The notes: generated by a model not told the origin, from the letters alone. A stretch of DNA of 64,000 nt from an uncultured Thiotrichales bacterium (GCA_964443525.1 CAYUCY010000001.1:4888-68887); one strand, 5' to 3'. Numbered from the stretch's first letter, positions 28,744 through 38,054 are shown. Made by a program: numbers and translations.

Positions 28744-31700
28744 TCAAAGAACCTGTTTCAAATGATGTTTTAAAACGTTGCTCGCTAAGGATTCTTGAAG
28801 GGCATTTTGTTTGAGGCGTTGCTTTAGGTGAGAAAAATCAACGCAATCAATCGGCTGGTCCTGGTTAAAACAAGAAAAGACAAATGTTTCCTCTCCCGTT
28901 TCCGGATTGACCTGGCGTTGAAGGCATTGTGCGCAGATTTCTTTCATCATGCACTGCATGGGAGAGTTAATACTGGCTATCATTTTCAGAGTATCAGAGA
29001 AAAAGTCTTTCAAGATCGTTTTACGGCTCTGGGCCACCGCCGCCATCATTCCGTCAGAGCCGATCACGATCATTCGGTTAAAAGATTTAAACGGAATGAT
29101 TTTCTCATGTGCCGTTTTCTCTAATGCGTCTATGACGGTTCCCCGGATAAGATGATCCTGAGGGCGAAGATCTTCGAAAATATTTACAGCCTCAAAACAC
29201 CAAACGACCTGGTCGCAGGATTTTTCAATCTTGCTTCGATAAAAAAGGTCCTGAAGAGACTTATAAGCCGCAAAATAAGTAATTTCGTTCCCGTTTTCTT
29301 TAAGGGCGGCGGCAATTGAAAAAAGAACGGCATTCCCGAGCCCCCCTCCTAAAAGGAGAACCTTTTCACCTTTTGGAATTTCGGTGGAGGATCCCGTCGG
29401 ACCCATCACGACAACGGGATCTCCCGATCTTAACGTCTGACAGAGAAGGCTGGATGCACCGACTTCAAGAGCTATGAGAGAAAGAAGTCCTTTCTTCCGG
29501 TCCACCCAAGCCCCCGTTAGAGCAATCCCTTCCATGAGACCTTTATAGCCGCCTACGGCCGGTGCACGGGCTTCAAAGTTTTGCAGGCGATAAAACTGAC
29601 CGGGTTGGAAGTTTCTAGCGGCAAAGGGGGCCTTCACAACCACTTCAACAATCGAGGGCGTTAAACGCTGAACTTTTTCGATCGTAGCAGAGAGTCCTTC
29701 TTCAAGAATTGAGAAGAAAGTACCTTCAGGAAGAGAGGGTAATTTAAGAGTATTTAAATGTTTTGTGAGTGAAGGGTATCCACGCTTAACGCTTCCCATG
29801 GCTTTTACCACGTTCCCTGCATGATCGGGATGCAGATCTCCCCAAATGCTAACGGCTTTCCCGTCTTCTCTTATCTCCGTCAAAAAAGAATCAGCACCTC
29901 CCTCAAGACGCTTAAAGTGAAGGTCCTCGATTTTAAAATCATTCGGATGCTCTCGAGCAAGTGCGATATTCGGTTCGGTTCCGGCGGCAATCAAAACTGT
30001 TTTAGCCGGGATAAATCCTCGGTTTGTCTCAAGGCCTCGGGCAGCTCCGAACTTATCTGTGAGGACCTTATAGGTCGTAACATCTTCCCAAAAGACGATT
30101 CCTTCCTCCAAAGCCTTCGAAAGCTCTTCGTGGTTTAGCCGGTAGGCGGGAGATTCCGTTATCTTCTTTCGGTAGAGAATCTTGGCCCCTCCCCATTTGA
30201 GGAGAAGACCTCGAATCGAGACACCCTTGGCACGCGCCTCTCGGAGCTCTTTTGCGTGATCCAAGAGCTCTTTTGCAAGGCTCTTCATTTCTTCATCCCA
30301 GCCTGTTGTTAGGGTTTCAAGGTCACACGCCTCATAAAGTTTTAAAAGTTTTTCAACTTGGACGAGATAATATGCCAACGCTTCCGTTGCTGTATCGACA
30401 GCCGTCAGTCCTCCCCCGATGACAACGATCGGAAGACGAACCTGAAGGCAAGAAAGCAAATTCTCTCGGGCCGCTCCCGTGAGCTGAAGCCCCATCAAAA
30501 AATCCGACGCTGTGCGAACACCCCTGACTAAATTGTTCTTAAGCGCCGTCAGTCGCGGGCGCCCTGCTCCCAAGCATAGAGCGATATGATCAAAACCAAG
30601 TTCAAAGGCCTGGTTCTTCGTAAGAGTCCCTCCGAACCGCACGCCGCCGAAAAGACGAAAAGAGGAGCGTCTTTCAAGAAGGAGGCGGATCAGCTTCAGG
30701 TAATTCTTGTTCCAACGCACGGTGATACCATATTCAGTAACTCCCCCAAAACCTGACATGACTCGATTTTCAAGGGGTTCGTAAAGAGAGAAGGCATCTC
30801 GAACGGGTTCAAAGGGCACATTTAAAGGTTCAATCTTAAGGCCGTCCACAGCTGCAACTGTATGTCCGTCGTTCAAAAGATGATGGGCAAGGGTAAAGCC
30901 CGCAGGTCCCAACCCCACAATAAGAACCTTATGTCCGGAGGGCGCTTGAGGATATGGACGCTCAAGATTCAGGGGATTCCATCTCGTGAGCAAGCTATAA
31001 AGCTCAAAACCCCACGGAAGGGCAAGCACGTCTTCTAAAATACGGCTCTCAAGCTGCGGAATATTGACGGGTTGCTGCTTTTGAAAAATGCAGGCCTTCA
31101 TACAATCATTGCAAATACGATGTCCCGTTGCCGCAACCATCGGGTTATCAAGGGTTAGAGCAACGAAGGCCGCCACAAAATTTCCCTCCGCATAAAGCGC
31201 ATTCATTTCGGAAATTTTTTGATCGAGCGGACATCCTTTTAAGGAAATGCCTTGAGGATTCTCCGCATACACGTCTCCCGCTTTTTCTTTTAAGCCCTTG
31301 GAGCAAGAATCTTTCTCTCGATCATGACACCACAGGCAATAGTGAGCCTCCTGATACGCTTTTTCCACAAGTACGCCCGGATCTGTAAGGTCAAATCCTG
31401 ATCGTTCTCTTAAATTAAGAGGTGACGCTCTAAAGGTATTTTCTTCCCTGACCCCTTCGATAAGTGCATCATAATCCAATTTTTGAGGAAGATAAAAAAG
31501 AGCGCTTTTGCGATGGGCTTGTCTTCCCTCTTCGGAATAAAGAGCCCAAAGAGCATAGTCTTCTGCCGCCTCCAAAAAATCCGAACCCATCTCCTGATCT
31601 TCTAGAGCCTCTAATACTCTTTCTGAAAAGAGAAGATCATACCAGTTTTCACCTAAAAATTTCTCGATAGGGGGACGCGTAATGACAACTCCCTTCACAG

Positions 31701-32088
31701 ATTTTTCTTTAGGAGCAACCCGACGTTGGAGAAATTGCTTACGGCAAAGAACAAGTGGGTAAAACTTATTCAAGACTTTCGCGTGGTCGTTGATTTCTTT
31801 TTCGAGAGAAAATAGAGAACCCAAAAAGGTTTGAACAACCGTCGAGAGTTTAAGAATAAAATGACTCAACTTCTGTCCTTGGAGAAGGCCCGGCGTTACT
31901 CGCGCTTTGGTGAGAAGGTCATGAAGAGCTTCATCTTCTTTTAAAAGAAAGGATAAAAAAGTTTCATCAAGACGGCGGAGACCCTCTCTGGTATATAAGT
32001 CTTCAAAGGAAAAAGTATACCGAAGTTTTAACATCATAATTCGGAGATTTGAGTATGACTTCTTTTTTAACGCTGGATGACCTTTCAT
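28744..32088 (-). CDS. large multidomain flavo-iron-sulfur oxidoreductase: unknown N-domain, GltD/NfnB-like module and PyrK/NfnA-like module
   Basis: Cys clusters (CLWCHDREKDSC, GCPLDQKI, HRICNDCMKAC), two dinucleotide folds (VLIVGLGPAGFTLA, VVIGGGLTAVDTATEA), a ferredoxin-reductase-like barrel with an NAD fold (QFYRLQ, LLLGGGLGNA) and a terminal 2Fe-2S-like CMMKEICAQC...C...C. The start is uncertain: ATG 32088 or ATG-ATG 32037. Confidence 0.75.
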   Translation of the reverse strand: MKGHPALKKKSYSNLRIMMLKLRYTFSFEDLYTREGLRRLDETFLSFLLKEDEALHDLLTKARVTPGLLQGQKLSHFILKLSTVVQTFLGSLFSLEKEINDHAKVLNKFYPLVLCRKQFLQRRVAPKEKSVKGVVITRPPIEKFLGENWYDLLFSERVLEALEDQEMGSDFLEAAEDYALWALYSEEGRQAHRKSALFYLPQKLDYDALIEGVREENTFRASPLNLRERSGFDLTDPGVLVEKAYQEAHYCLWCHDREKDSCSKGLKEKAGDVYAENPQGISLKGCPLDQKISEMNALYAEGNFVAAFVALTLDNPMVAATGHRICNDCMKACIFQKQQPVNIPQLESRILEDVLALPWGFELYSLLTRWNPLNLERPYPQAPSGHKVLIVGLGPAGFTLAHHLLNDGHTVAAVDGLKIEPLNVPFEPVRDAFSLYEPLENRVMSGFGGVTEYGITVRWNKNYLKLIRLLLERRSSFRLFGGVRFGGTLTKNQAFELGFDHIALCLGAGRPRLTALKNNLVRGVRTASDFLMGLQLTGAARENLLSCLQVRLPIVVIGGGLTAVDTATEALAYYLVQVEKLLKLYEACDLETLTTGWDEEMKSLAKELLDHAKELREARAKGVSIRGLLLKWGGAKILYRKKITESPAYRLNHEELSKALEEGIVFWEDVTTYKVLTDKFGAARGLETNRGFIPAKTVLIAAGTEPNIALAREHPNDFKIEDLHFKRLEGGADSFLTEIREDGKAVSIWGDLHPDHAGNVVKAMGSVKRGYPSLTKHLNTLKLPSLPEGTFFSILEEGLSATIEKVQRLTPSIVEVVVKAPFAARNFQPGQFYRLQNFEARAPAVGGYKGLMEGIALTGAWVDRKKGLLSLIALEVGASSLLCQTLRSGDPVVVMGPTGSSTEIPKGEKVLLLGGGLGNAVLFSIAAALKENGNEITYFAAYKSLQDLFYRSKIEKSCDQVVWCFEAVNIFEDLRPQDHLIRGTVIDALEKTAHEKIIPFKSFNRMIVIGSDGMMAAVAQSRKTILKDFFSDTLKMIASINSPMQCMMKEICAQCLQRQVNPETGEETFVFSCFNQDQPIDCVDFSHLKQRLKQNALQESLASNVLKHHLKQVL

Positions 32089-33302
32089 TGCAAAACAAAA
32101 CTGTGCTCGTGAGAGCAGATCTGAACGTCCCCCTCAAGGATGGAAACATACTGGATGAAACACGCATTGAAAGGGCCGCAAAGACCTTGATGGAAATTCA
32201 CCGAAAAGGCGGGAAAAGCATCCTCATCTCCCATCTCGGTCGTCCTAAGGGGGAAGATCCTTCTTCTCTCTCCCTGCATCAACTCATGCCGACCCTTGAG
32301 AAAGCCACGGGACTTAAAGTGACTTTCGTCTCCGAATCTCGCGGCAAACAGGTGGAGGAAGCGGCTAAAAAGCATCAAACAGGCTATATCCTCCTCCTTG
32401 AAAACCTGCGTTTTCATAAGGAAGAGGAAGGGAATGACCCAGCTTTTGCCGAAGATCTAGCGCGCCTTGCAGACATCTACGTGAATGACGGATTCTCCGT
32501 GTCTCATAGAGCCCATGCCTCCGTTGAAGGCGTTACCCGTTTTCTCCCGTCTTTTGCAGGTCGTCTGATGGAAGAAGAATTAACAGCCCTTCAAAAGGGC
32601 CTAGAACACCCTCGACGCCCTCTTTTTGCAATTGTTGCGGGGGCAAAAGTATCTACGAAGCTGACTCTCATCGAAAATCTTTTAACACGTGTGGACGGCT
32701 TGATCCTTGGCGGTGGGATCGCCAATACGTTCCTTAAAGCCCAAGGCAAGGAAATTGGAGGGTCTCTTTACGAGCCTGACATGATTGAAACGGCTCGAAA
32801 AATTTTGGAAAAAGCGACATCCCTTTCAAAAGAAATTTTATTACCGACCGACTCTATGGGAAGCACCTCCCTTGAAGCCTCTGGAGAGATCCGGTCTTTA
32901 GAAGAGGTCACAGCGGATTTTAAAATTTTTGATGCGGGACCCCGATCCATTAAAGCTTACGAGGAAGCTTTGAGCCACGTTAAAACCCTTGTTTGGAACG
33001 GACCTTTGGGTGTTTTTGAGATTCCTCCCTATGATCAGGGCACACTCCGGCTGGCTCGCTTCGTGGCAAATCGGGTGAAAGAAGGAACTCTTTACGCCGT
33101 TGCAGGGGGCGGTGAGACGGTTGCGGCCCTCCACAAGGCAGGATCAGCCGATGGCTTTAGCTACGTTTCAAGTGCTGGCGGTGCGTTTCTTGAGTGGCTC
33201 GAGGGGAAAGAATTGCCTGGCGTTGCAGCCCTGACCCGTTCGGCCGAAACATACCGTAAAAGCATCAAGGATTTAGAAAATAAGAGAAGTGCTCCTAACT
33301 GA
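32055..33302 (+). CDS. pgk: phosphoglycerate kinase
   Basis: VLVRADLNVPL, N-terminal-domain motif ILISHLGRPKG, and GGGETVAA. ATG 32055 lies 9 nt after GGAG. About 22 extra aa follow the usual ...LEGKELPGVAAL end. Confidence 0.95.
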   Translation: MTSFLTLDDLSLQNKTVLVRADLNVPLKDGNILDETRIERAAKTLMEIHRKGGKSILISHLGRPKGEDPSSLSLHQLMPTLEKATGLKVTFVSESRGKQVEEAAKKHQTGYILLLENLRFHKEEEGNDPAFAEDLARLADIYVNDGFSVSHRAHASVEGVTRFLPSFAGRLMEEELTALQKGLEHPRRPLFAIVAGAKVSTKLTLIENLLTRVDGLILGGGIANTFLKAQGKEIGGSLYEPDMIETARKILEKATSLSKEILLPTDSMGSTSLEASGEIRSLEEVTADFKIFDAGPRSIKAYEEALSHVKTLVWNGPLGVFEIPPYDQGTLRLARFVANRVKEGTLYAVAGGGETVAALHKAGSADGFSYVSSAGGAFLEWLEGKELPGVAALTRSAETYRKSIKDLENKRSAPN

Positions 33303-34255
33303 TGGAGGCTCGCCAGCAAGAGAGGAACTTGATATAAAAGAGTTAAAATTCCCAGAATCAATTGCCCTCCCGCAAGTCCCATCAAGACATGCAAACACCT
33401 TAAAAGTTTAGGCGTGTGCGTGATTTCTCGCCGTGAGACCCAGAGGTAGCTCACATAAACGAGCGTCAGGAGAGCAAGTACTCTGTGAACGAACTGCACC
33501 ATAACGGGGTTGGCCCAGAAGTTTATAAATCTCGGCTGCTCAAACCAGGCATCGGAAGGGAGAAGCGTTCCTCCCATTAAGGGAAAGGTGTTATAAATGA
33601 GCCCCGCTTTATGTCCTGCGACAAGCCCTCCGTAAAGGATCGTCAGACTGACCAAAATAACGAGTCCGCCGAATACGGCCGAAAGTTTTTGAGAGGAGGG
33701 GTTCTCTCCTCGCATCAGAGCAATCGCCTTAAAGGCCAGCCACAACGTTCCTCCGTAGGTGGCGCAGCCCATTAAGAGATGAAGACTCAAACGGTAGGGG
33801 CTTACGTGAGGGTCTTGGGATAGCCCGCTTTTCACCATATACCATCCCACGACACCCTGAAGCGCGCCGAGACACCACAACCAAATCAAAGGTTTTAGAA
33901 AATCAGGACGAAGAGACGGCTTCCGCCAAGCATAAAAAATCGGAATCAGGAAGACGAGTCCGATCAGCCTACCCCACAAACGGTGAATGAATTCGAGCCA
34001 AAAAATACTTTTAAATTCTTCCAAACTCATTCCGAAATTGATCTTTTGATATTCGGGCGAGGTCTGATAAAGATTGAAAACAGCCTGCCAATCGGATTGG
34101 CTCAGCGGAGGAAGGATGCCTGTTAAGGGCTTCCAGTCCACCATGGACAGGCCCGATCCCGTAAGGCGCGTCCACCCTCCCAAAAGAATCATGGTAAGGA
34201 TCATCCCTGCGCTCAAAAAAAGCCAGAACATCAGAACCTTGGCTTCTTTTTGCAT
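33161..34255 (-). CDS. ctaA: heme A synthase (COX15/CtaA)
   Basis: LLGGWTRLTGSGLSMVDWKP, multiple TM segments and conserved His residues (FIHRLWG, FVHRVLA). Confidence 0.9.
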   Translation of the reverse strand: MQKEAKVLMFWLFLSAGMILTMILLGGWTRLTGSGLSMVDWKPLTGILPPLSQSDWQAVFNLYQTSPEYQKINFGMSLEEFKSIFWLEFIHRLWGRLIGLVFLIPIFYAWRKPSLRPDFLKPLIWLWCLGALQGVVGWYMVKSGLSQDPHVSPYRLSLHLLMGCATYGGTLWLAFKAIALMRGENPSSQKLSAVFGGLVILVSLTILYGGLVAGHKAGLIYNTFPLMGGTLLPSDAWFEQPRFINFWANPVMVQFVHRVLALLTLVYVSYLWVSRREITHTPKLLRCLHVLMGLAGGQLILGILTLLYQVPLLLASLHQLGALLLFSKSLMLLRYVSAERVRAATPGNSFPSSHSRNAPPALET

Positions 34256-34343
34256 CGTGGAAGTCTTCCTCCTTTTAATAACACTTAACTTGGAGTATAG
34301 TGAATTTTAGGAATTGTAGTTGCCCACCCTGGGATTGACAAGA

Positions 34344-34550
34344 ATGATTCTGAGGAAAAAGATCCCTTTTAAACCTTCCATGCTCTTTAAGGACATCAGC
34401 CTGATTCTTGTTCTCAAGATCTCCGCTCTCATTTTTTTAAGCTGGCTTTTTAAAACACTGACGGAAAAGCCCCACATCACTCCTCAAACGTTCGATCGCC
34501 ATTTCTTTTCATCTCCCGCTTTGCTTCAGGAAAAAAAACATGGAATTTGA
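34344..34550 (+). CDS. small single-TM protein overlapping the cydA start
   Basis: ATG 34344 gives MILRKKIPFKPSMLFKDISLILVLKISALIFLSWLF. It overlaps the cydA start by 11 nt, consistent with translational coupling. I recognise no family. Confidence 0.35.
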   Translation: MILRKKIPFKPSMLFKDISLILVLKISALIFLSWLFKTLTEKPHITPQTFDRHFFSSPALLQEKKHGI

Positions 34551-36075
34551 CGCCGTCAATCTCTCTCGTCTTCAATTCGGAGCCACCGCCCTTTATCATT
34601 TTCTTTTCGTTCCTCTCACGCTAGGCCTTTCGATCCTCATAGCCATCATGGAGAGCGTTTATGTCATGACGGGGAAGGTGATCTGGCGCGAGATGACAAA
34701 ATTCTGGGGGATTCTCTTCGGCATTAACTTTGCCATGGGAGTTGCAACGGGCGTGCCCCTTGAATTTCAATTTGGGACCAACTGGGCTTATTATTCCCAC
34801 TATGTAGGGGACGTCTTCGGTTCCCTTCTTGCCATCGAAGGGCTCATGGCCTTCTTTTTGGAGGCAACCTTTATTGGTCTCTTTTTCTTCGGATGGAATA
34901 AACTCACAAAATTACAGCACTTGATCGTGACGTGGTGCGTGGCTATCGGTAGCAACCTGTCGGCTCTTTGGATTCTGGTTGCGAACGGATGGATGCAAAA
35001 TCCCGTGGGCGCAAAATTTAATTTTGAGACCATGCGGATGGAGATGACCTCTTTTTACGAAGTCTTCTTCAACCCTGTCGCCCAATCGAAATTCGTCCAT
35101 ACAGTCAGCGCAGGCTACGTGACCGGGGCGATCTTTGTCATGTCGATCAGTGCTTTCTACCTTTTACGGAAGAAACATATTGAATTTGCGAAACGCTCTA
35201 TAGTAGTGGCCGCCGCTTTCGGCCTTGCTTCTGCTTTGTCCGTTGTGGTGTTAGGGGATGAATCGGGGTACACCATGACCGAGCATCAAAAGATGAAGCT
35301 TGCAGCCATGGAAGGCATGTGGGAAACGGAGCCTGCTCCCGCCGGTATTACCATCTTCGGGATTCCCGATCAGGAAAAGATGGAAACCCATTATGAAATT
35401 AAGTTTCCTTGGGTCTTAGGTCTGATTGCAACACGGTCTTTTAACCAGGTGGTGCCGGGCATCAAAGACTTGCTCGTCCATGCCGAAGAACGCATCAAAA
35501 AGGGGCAAGGAGTCTACGCGGCTTTAGAACAGCTTCGAAGGAATCCGAATCAGCCGGAGCTCCGCGCGACCCTTGAAACAGGGCATCGGGATCTCGGCTA
35601 TGCCCTTCTTTTAAAACGATATACGAACGATGTTTTGGGGGCCACGCCTGAGCAAATCAAGAAAGCGGCCCAGGATACTTTGCCGAAGGTAGCCCCTCTC
35701 TTCTGGTCTTTTCGCATTATGGTAGGGCTCGGATTTTTCTTTATCTTCTTTTTCGGATTTGCTTTTTATCTTTCCTCGAGAGATAAGCTCGATCATTACT
35801 CTTGGTTTTTAAAACTCTCCGTCGCAGCGTTGCCTCTGCCTTGGATCGCCGCCGAACTCGGTTGGTTTGTGGCCGAATACGGACGTCAGCCTTGGACCAT
35901 CGACGGCATTTTGCCGACCTTCTTAAGTGCTTCAAGCATCACGCCCGGCCATGTCTGGGGTACTTTAATCGCGTTTGTGACCTTTTATACGGCTCTTCTT
36001 GTCTGGGATATTAAGCTCATGCTCAAATATGTTCGCCTCGGGCCCGACCAAGCTCTTAAAGGCAGCGAAGACTAA
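34540..36075 (+). CDS. cydA: cytochrome bd ubiquinol oxidase subunit I
   Basis: LSRLQFGATALYHFLFVPLTLG, a Q-loop region and GWFVAEYGRQPW. Confidence 0.95.
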   Translation: MEFDAVNLSRLQFGATALYHFLFVPLTLGLSILIAIMESVYVMTGKVIWREMTKFWGILFGINFAMGVATGVPLEFQFGTNWAYYSHYVGDVFGSLLAIEGLMAFFLEATFIGLFFFGWNKLTKLQHLIVTWCVAIGSNLSALWILVANGWMQNPVGAKFNFETMRMEMTSFYEVFFNPVAQSKFVHTVSAGYVTGAIFVMSISAFYLLRKKHIEFAKRSIVVAAAFGLASALSVVVLGDESGYTMTEHQKMKLAAMEGMWETEPAPAGITIFGIPDQEKMETHYEIKFPWVLGLIATRSFNQVVPGIKDLLVHAEERIKKGQGVYAALEQLRRNPNQPELRATLETGHRDLGYALLLKRYTNDVLGATPEQIKKAAQDTLPKVAPLFWSFRIMVGLGFFFIFFFGFAFYLSSRDKLDHYSWFLKLSVAALPLPWIAAELGWFVAEYGRQPWTIDGILPTFLSASSITPGHVWGTLIAFVTFYTALLVWDIKLMLKYVRLGPDQALKGSED

Positions 36076-36086
36076 GGAGAAAAAAG

Positions 36087-37232
36087 ATGACCGTACCGAT
36101 AGATTATGAAACCTTGCGGCTTCTCTGGTGGGCGCTTCTGGGCATTCTCCTGATCGGTTTTGCTGTCACAGACGGCTTTGATTTGGGAGTGGGCGCCCTC
36201 CTTCCTTTCGTGGGAAGAAAAGATGAAGAACGTCGTCTTATCATCAATACGGTCGGACCTGTCTGGGAAGGCAATCAAGTGTGGCTCATTTTGGGAGGAG
36301 GGGCTAGCTTTGCCGCTTGGCCGCCCCTTTATGCGGTCTCTTTTTCAGGTTTTTACGTTGCAATCTTTCTCGCCCTCTTTGCAATTATTCTAAGGCCCGT
36401 CGGGTTCAAGTTTCGCTCCAAAATGCCGAGTCCCAAATGGCGTACTTTTTGGGATTGGGCTCTTTTTGCAGGAGGAGTCGGACCCGCCCTTATTTTCGGA
36501 GTTGCTTTCGGAAATCTTTTTCTAGGTGCTCCCTTTCAATTTGATGAAACACTTAGAATGACTTATACGGGCTCCTTCTTCGAGCTCCTATCTCCTTTTG
36601 CACTCCTGTGCGGTTTAGTCAGCGTGGCAATGGTCATCATGCACGGCGGAACCTATCTAGCTCTCAAGACAACAGGAAGAATTGCCGAATGCTCAGAGAA
36701 AGCTGGTATCGGAGGAGCCGTACTGATGCTTCTTTTCTATGTCACAGCTGGGCTGTGGCTTCTTAACGGAATCGAGGGATATAAGATCACGTCCGTCATT
36801 CAAGGGTCCGCTCCTTCTAATCCGCTTTCAAAGACGGTTGTGCACGGGATCGGTTTTTGGTTCGATCATCACAAGATCCATCCCTGGACCCTTTTGTTCC
36901 CCGGCATCGCTATCGTTGCCGCTCTTAAGACCATGATCTTTCTGATGCTTCGGAAAACCGGATGGGCCTTTATTTCGAGCGCCACAAGCGTTGCAATGGT
37001 TGTGGCATCGGCCGGCGTCGCTCTCTTTCCGTTTTTGCTTCCTTCCTCAAGCCATCCGGGTCACAGCCTTACCGTGTGGGATGCGTCTTCAAGTCAGCTC
37101 ACGCTCTTTATTATGCTTCTGGCAACGCTCATTTTTATGCCGATCATTCTTGCGTACACGGCTTGGATTTATAAAGTACTCGCCGGAAAAGTGACGCAAA
37201 AATCGGTCACCGATAACATCAACGCTTATTAA
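36087..37232 (+). CDS. cydB: cytochrome bd ubiquinol oxidase subunit II
   Basis: LWWALLGILLIGFAVTDGFDLG and WEGNQVWLI. It immediately follows cydA. Confidence 0.95.
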   Translation: MTVPIDYETLRLLWWALLGILLIGFAVTDGFDLGVGALLPFVGRKDEERRLIINTVGPVWEGNQVWLILGGGASFAAWPPLYAVSFSGFYVAIFLALFAIILRPVGFKFRSKMPSPKWRTFWDWALFAGGVGPALIFGVAFGNLFLGAPFQFDETLRMTYTGSFFELLSPFALLCGLVSVAMVIMHGGTYLALKTTGRIAECSEKAGIGGAVLMLLFYVTAGLWLLNGIEGYKITSVIQGSAPSNPLSKTVVHGIGFWFDHHKIHPWTLLFPGIAIVAALKTMIFLMLRKTGWAFISSATSVAMVVASAGVALFPFLLPSSSHPGHSLTVWDASSSQLTLFIMLLATLIFMPIILAYTAWIYKVLAGKVTQKSVTDNINAY

Positions 37233-37247
37233 CAGACGGAGACGATC

Positions 37248-37343
37248 ATGTGGTATTTTTCATGGGTTTTGGGACTGGGTCTTGCCTGCACCTTCGGCAT
37301 CTTGAATGCCATGTGGTACGAGTTGCGCCATAAAGGATCTTAG
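37248..37343 (+). CDS. cydX: cytochrome bd oxidase small subunit CydX (31 aa)
   Basis: Too short for the ORF track. ATG 37248 is preceded by GGAGACG and encodes MWYFSWVLGLGLACTFGILNAMWYELRHKGS, matching the CydX signature MWYFxWxLG...A..FG. It lies 15 nt after cydB. Confidence 0.85.
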   Translation: MWYFSWVLGLGLACTFGILNAMWYELRHKGS

Positions 37344-37435
37344 TATTCTTCCGATTTCAGACTTTAATAGGGCATACAGATCATATAACACCCCTTGCCA
37401 AGGGGAGCGGGTTTGATTATAACTGGGGCGTCTTG

Positions 37436-37509
37436 CGGGTGTAGCTCAATGGTAGAGCAGAAGCTTCCCAAGCTTACGACGAGGGTTCGATTCCCTTCAC
37501 CCGCTCCAT
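37436..37509 (+). tRNA. tRNA-Gly (anticodon CCC)
   Basis: Cloverleaf read by hand: acceptor GCGGGTG/CACCCGC, D arm GCTC-AATGGTA-GAGC, anticodon loop TTCCCAA, T arm GAGGG-TTCGATT-CCCTT and an encoded CCA. It is close to E. coli glyU as I recall it. Confidence 0.9.
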
Positions 37510-37768
37510 TCCCACGTTTTTGATGATATTCCGATTAAATTTGCATTCCTTAAAAGAAAAGGGTATAAAGATTAATGAGTTTTAAAAACTCTGAGCTATT
37601 CTGATCCATCTAAGTCCTAGTTCTTCTAAGATTTAGATAATTCCTAAAGTGAATTTTCCAGTTATTTGCGAAGAGTTTTAGGGAGCTTCAAATACTTCCG
37701 CGAAACTCTTCGGTTCCCTCGATAATCAAGGTTGCCGAATTTAACGTAAACCTAAAGGAATAAAAGTT

Positions 37769-37972
37769 ATGGCTCAAGGTACAGTCAAGTGGTTCAATCA
37801 CACAAAAGGATACGGTTTTATTACACCGGATGAAGGCGGAAACGATGTTTTCGTTCACATCAGTGCGGTTGAACGTGCTGGGATCAATCGCCTGAATGAC
37901 GGCCAAAAAGTGACCTATGAACTGGTTACCCACAAAGGTAAAACATCAGCGGATAATCTGACGCTTGCCTAA
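37769..37972 (+). CDS. cspA: cold-shock protein (CspA family)
   Basis: [34 protein letters not shown] contains the RNP1 and RNP2 motifs. Confidence 0.95.
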   Translation: MAQGTVKWFNHTKGYGFITPDEGGNDVFVHISAVERAGINRLNDGQKVTYELVTHKGKTSADNLTLA

Positions 37973-38004
37973 GATTTAAAGACCCGTTTCGGGACTTTCT
38001 AACT

Positions 38005-38036
38005 GCGCTGCTCCTCGGAGTAGCGCTCTTCTTTTT
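38005..38036 (+). terminator. rho-independent terminator after cspA
   Basis: GCGCTGCTCC-tc-GGAGTAGCGC stem with one G-T pair, followed by tcttcttttt. Confidence 0.65.
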
Positions 38037-38054
38037 ATAAAAAACGGAACCAAA

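Noticed and set aside
37391-37406. Hairpin CCCCTTGCCAAGGGG after cydX as an intrinsic terminator
   Set aside because: No T-run follows the stem, and the loop is very small. At best it is a weak or RNA-stability element.
37436-37509. tRNA-Gly as the integration site of a genomic island
   Set aside because: There is no integrase, no duplicated tRNA 3' end and no composition shift in the flanking cyd and cspA/helicase genes.
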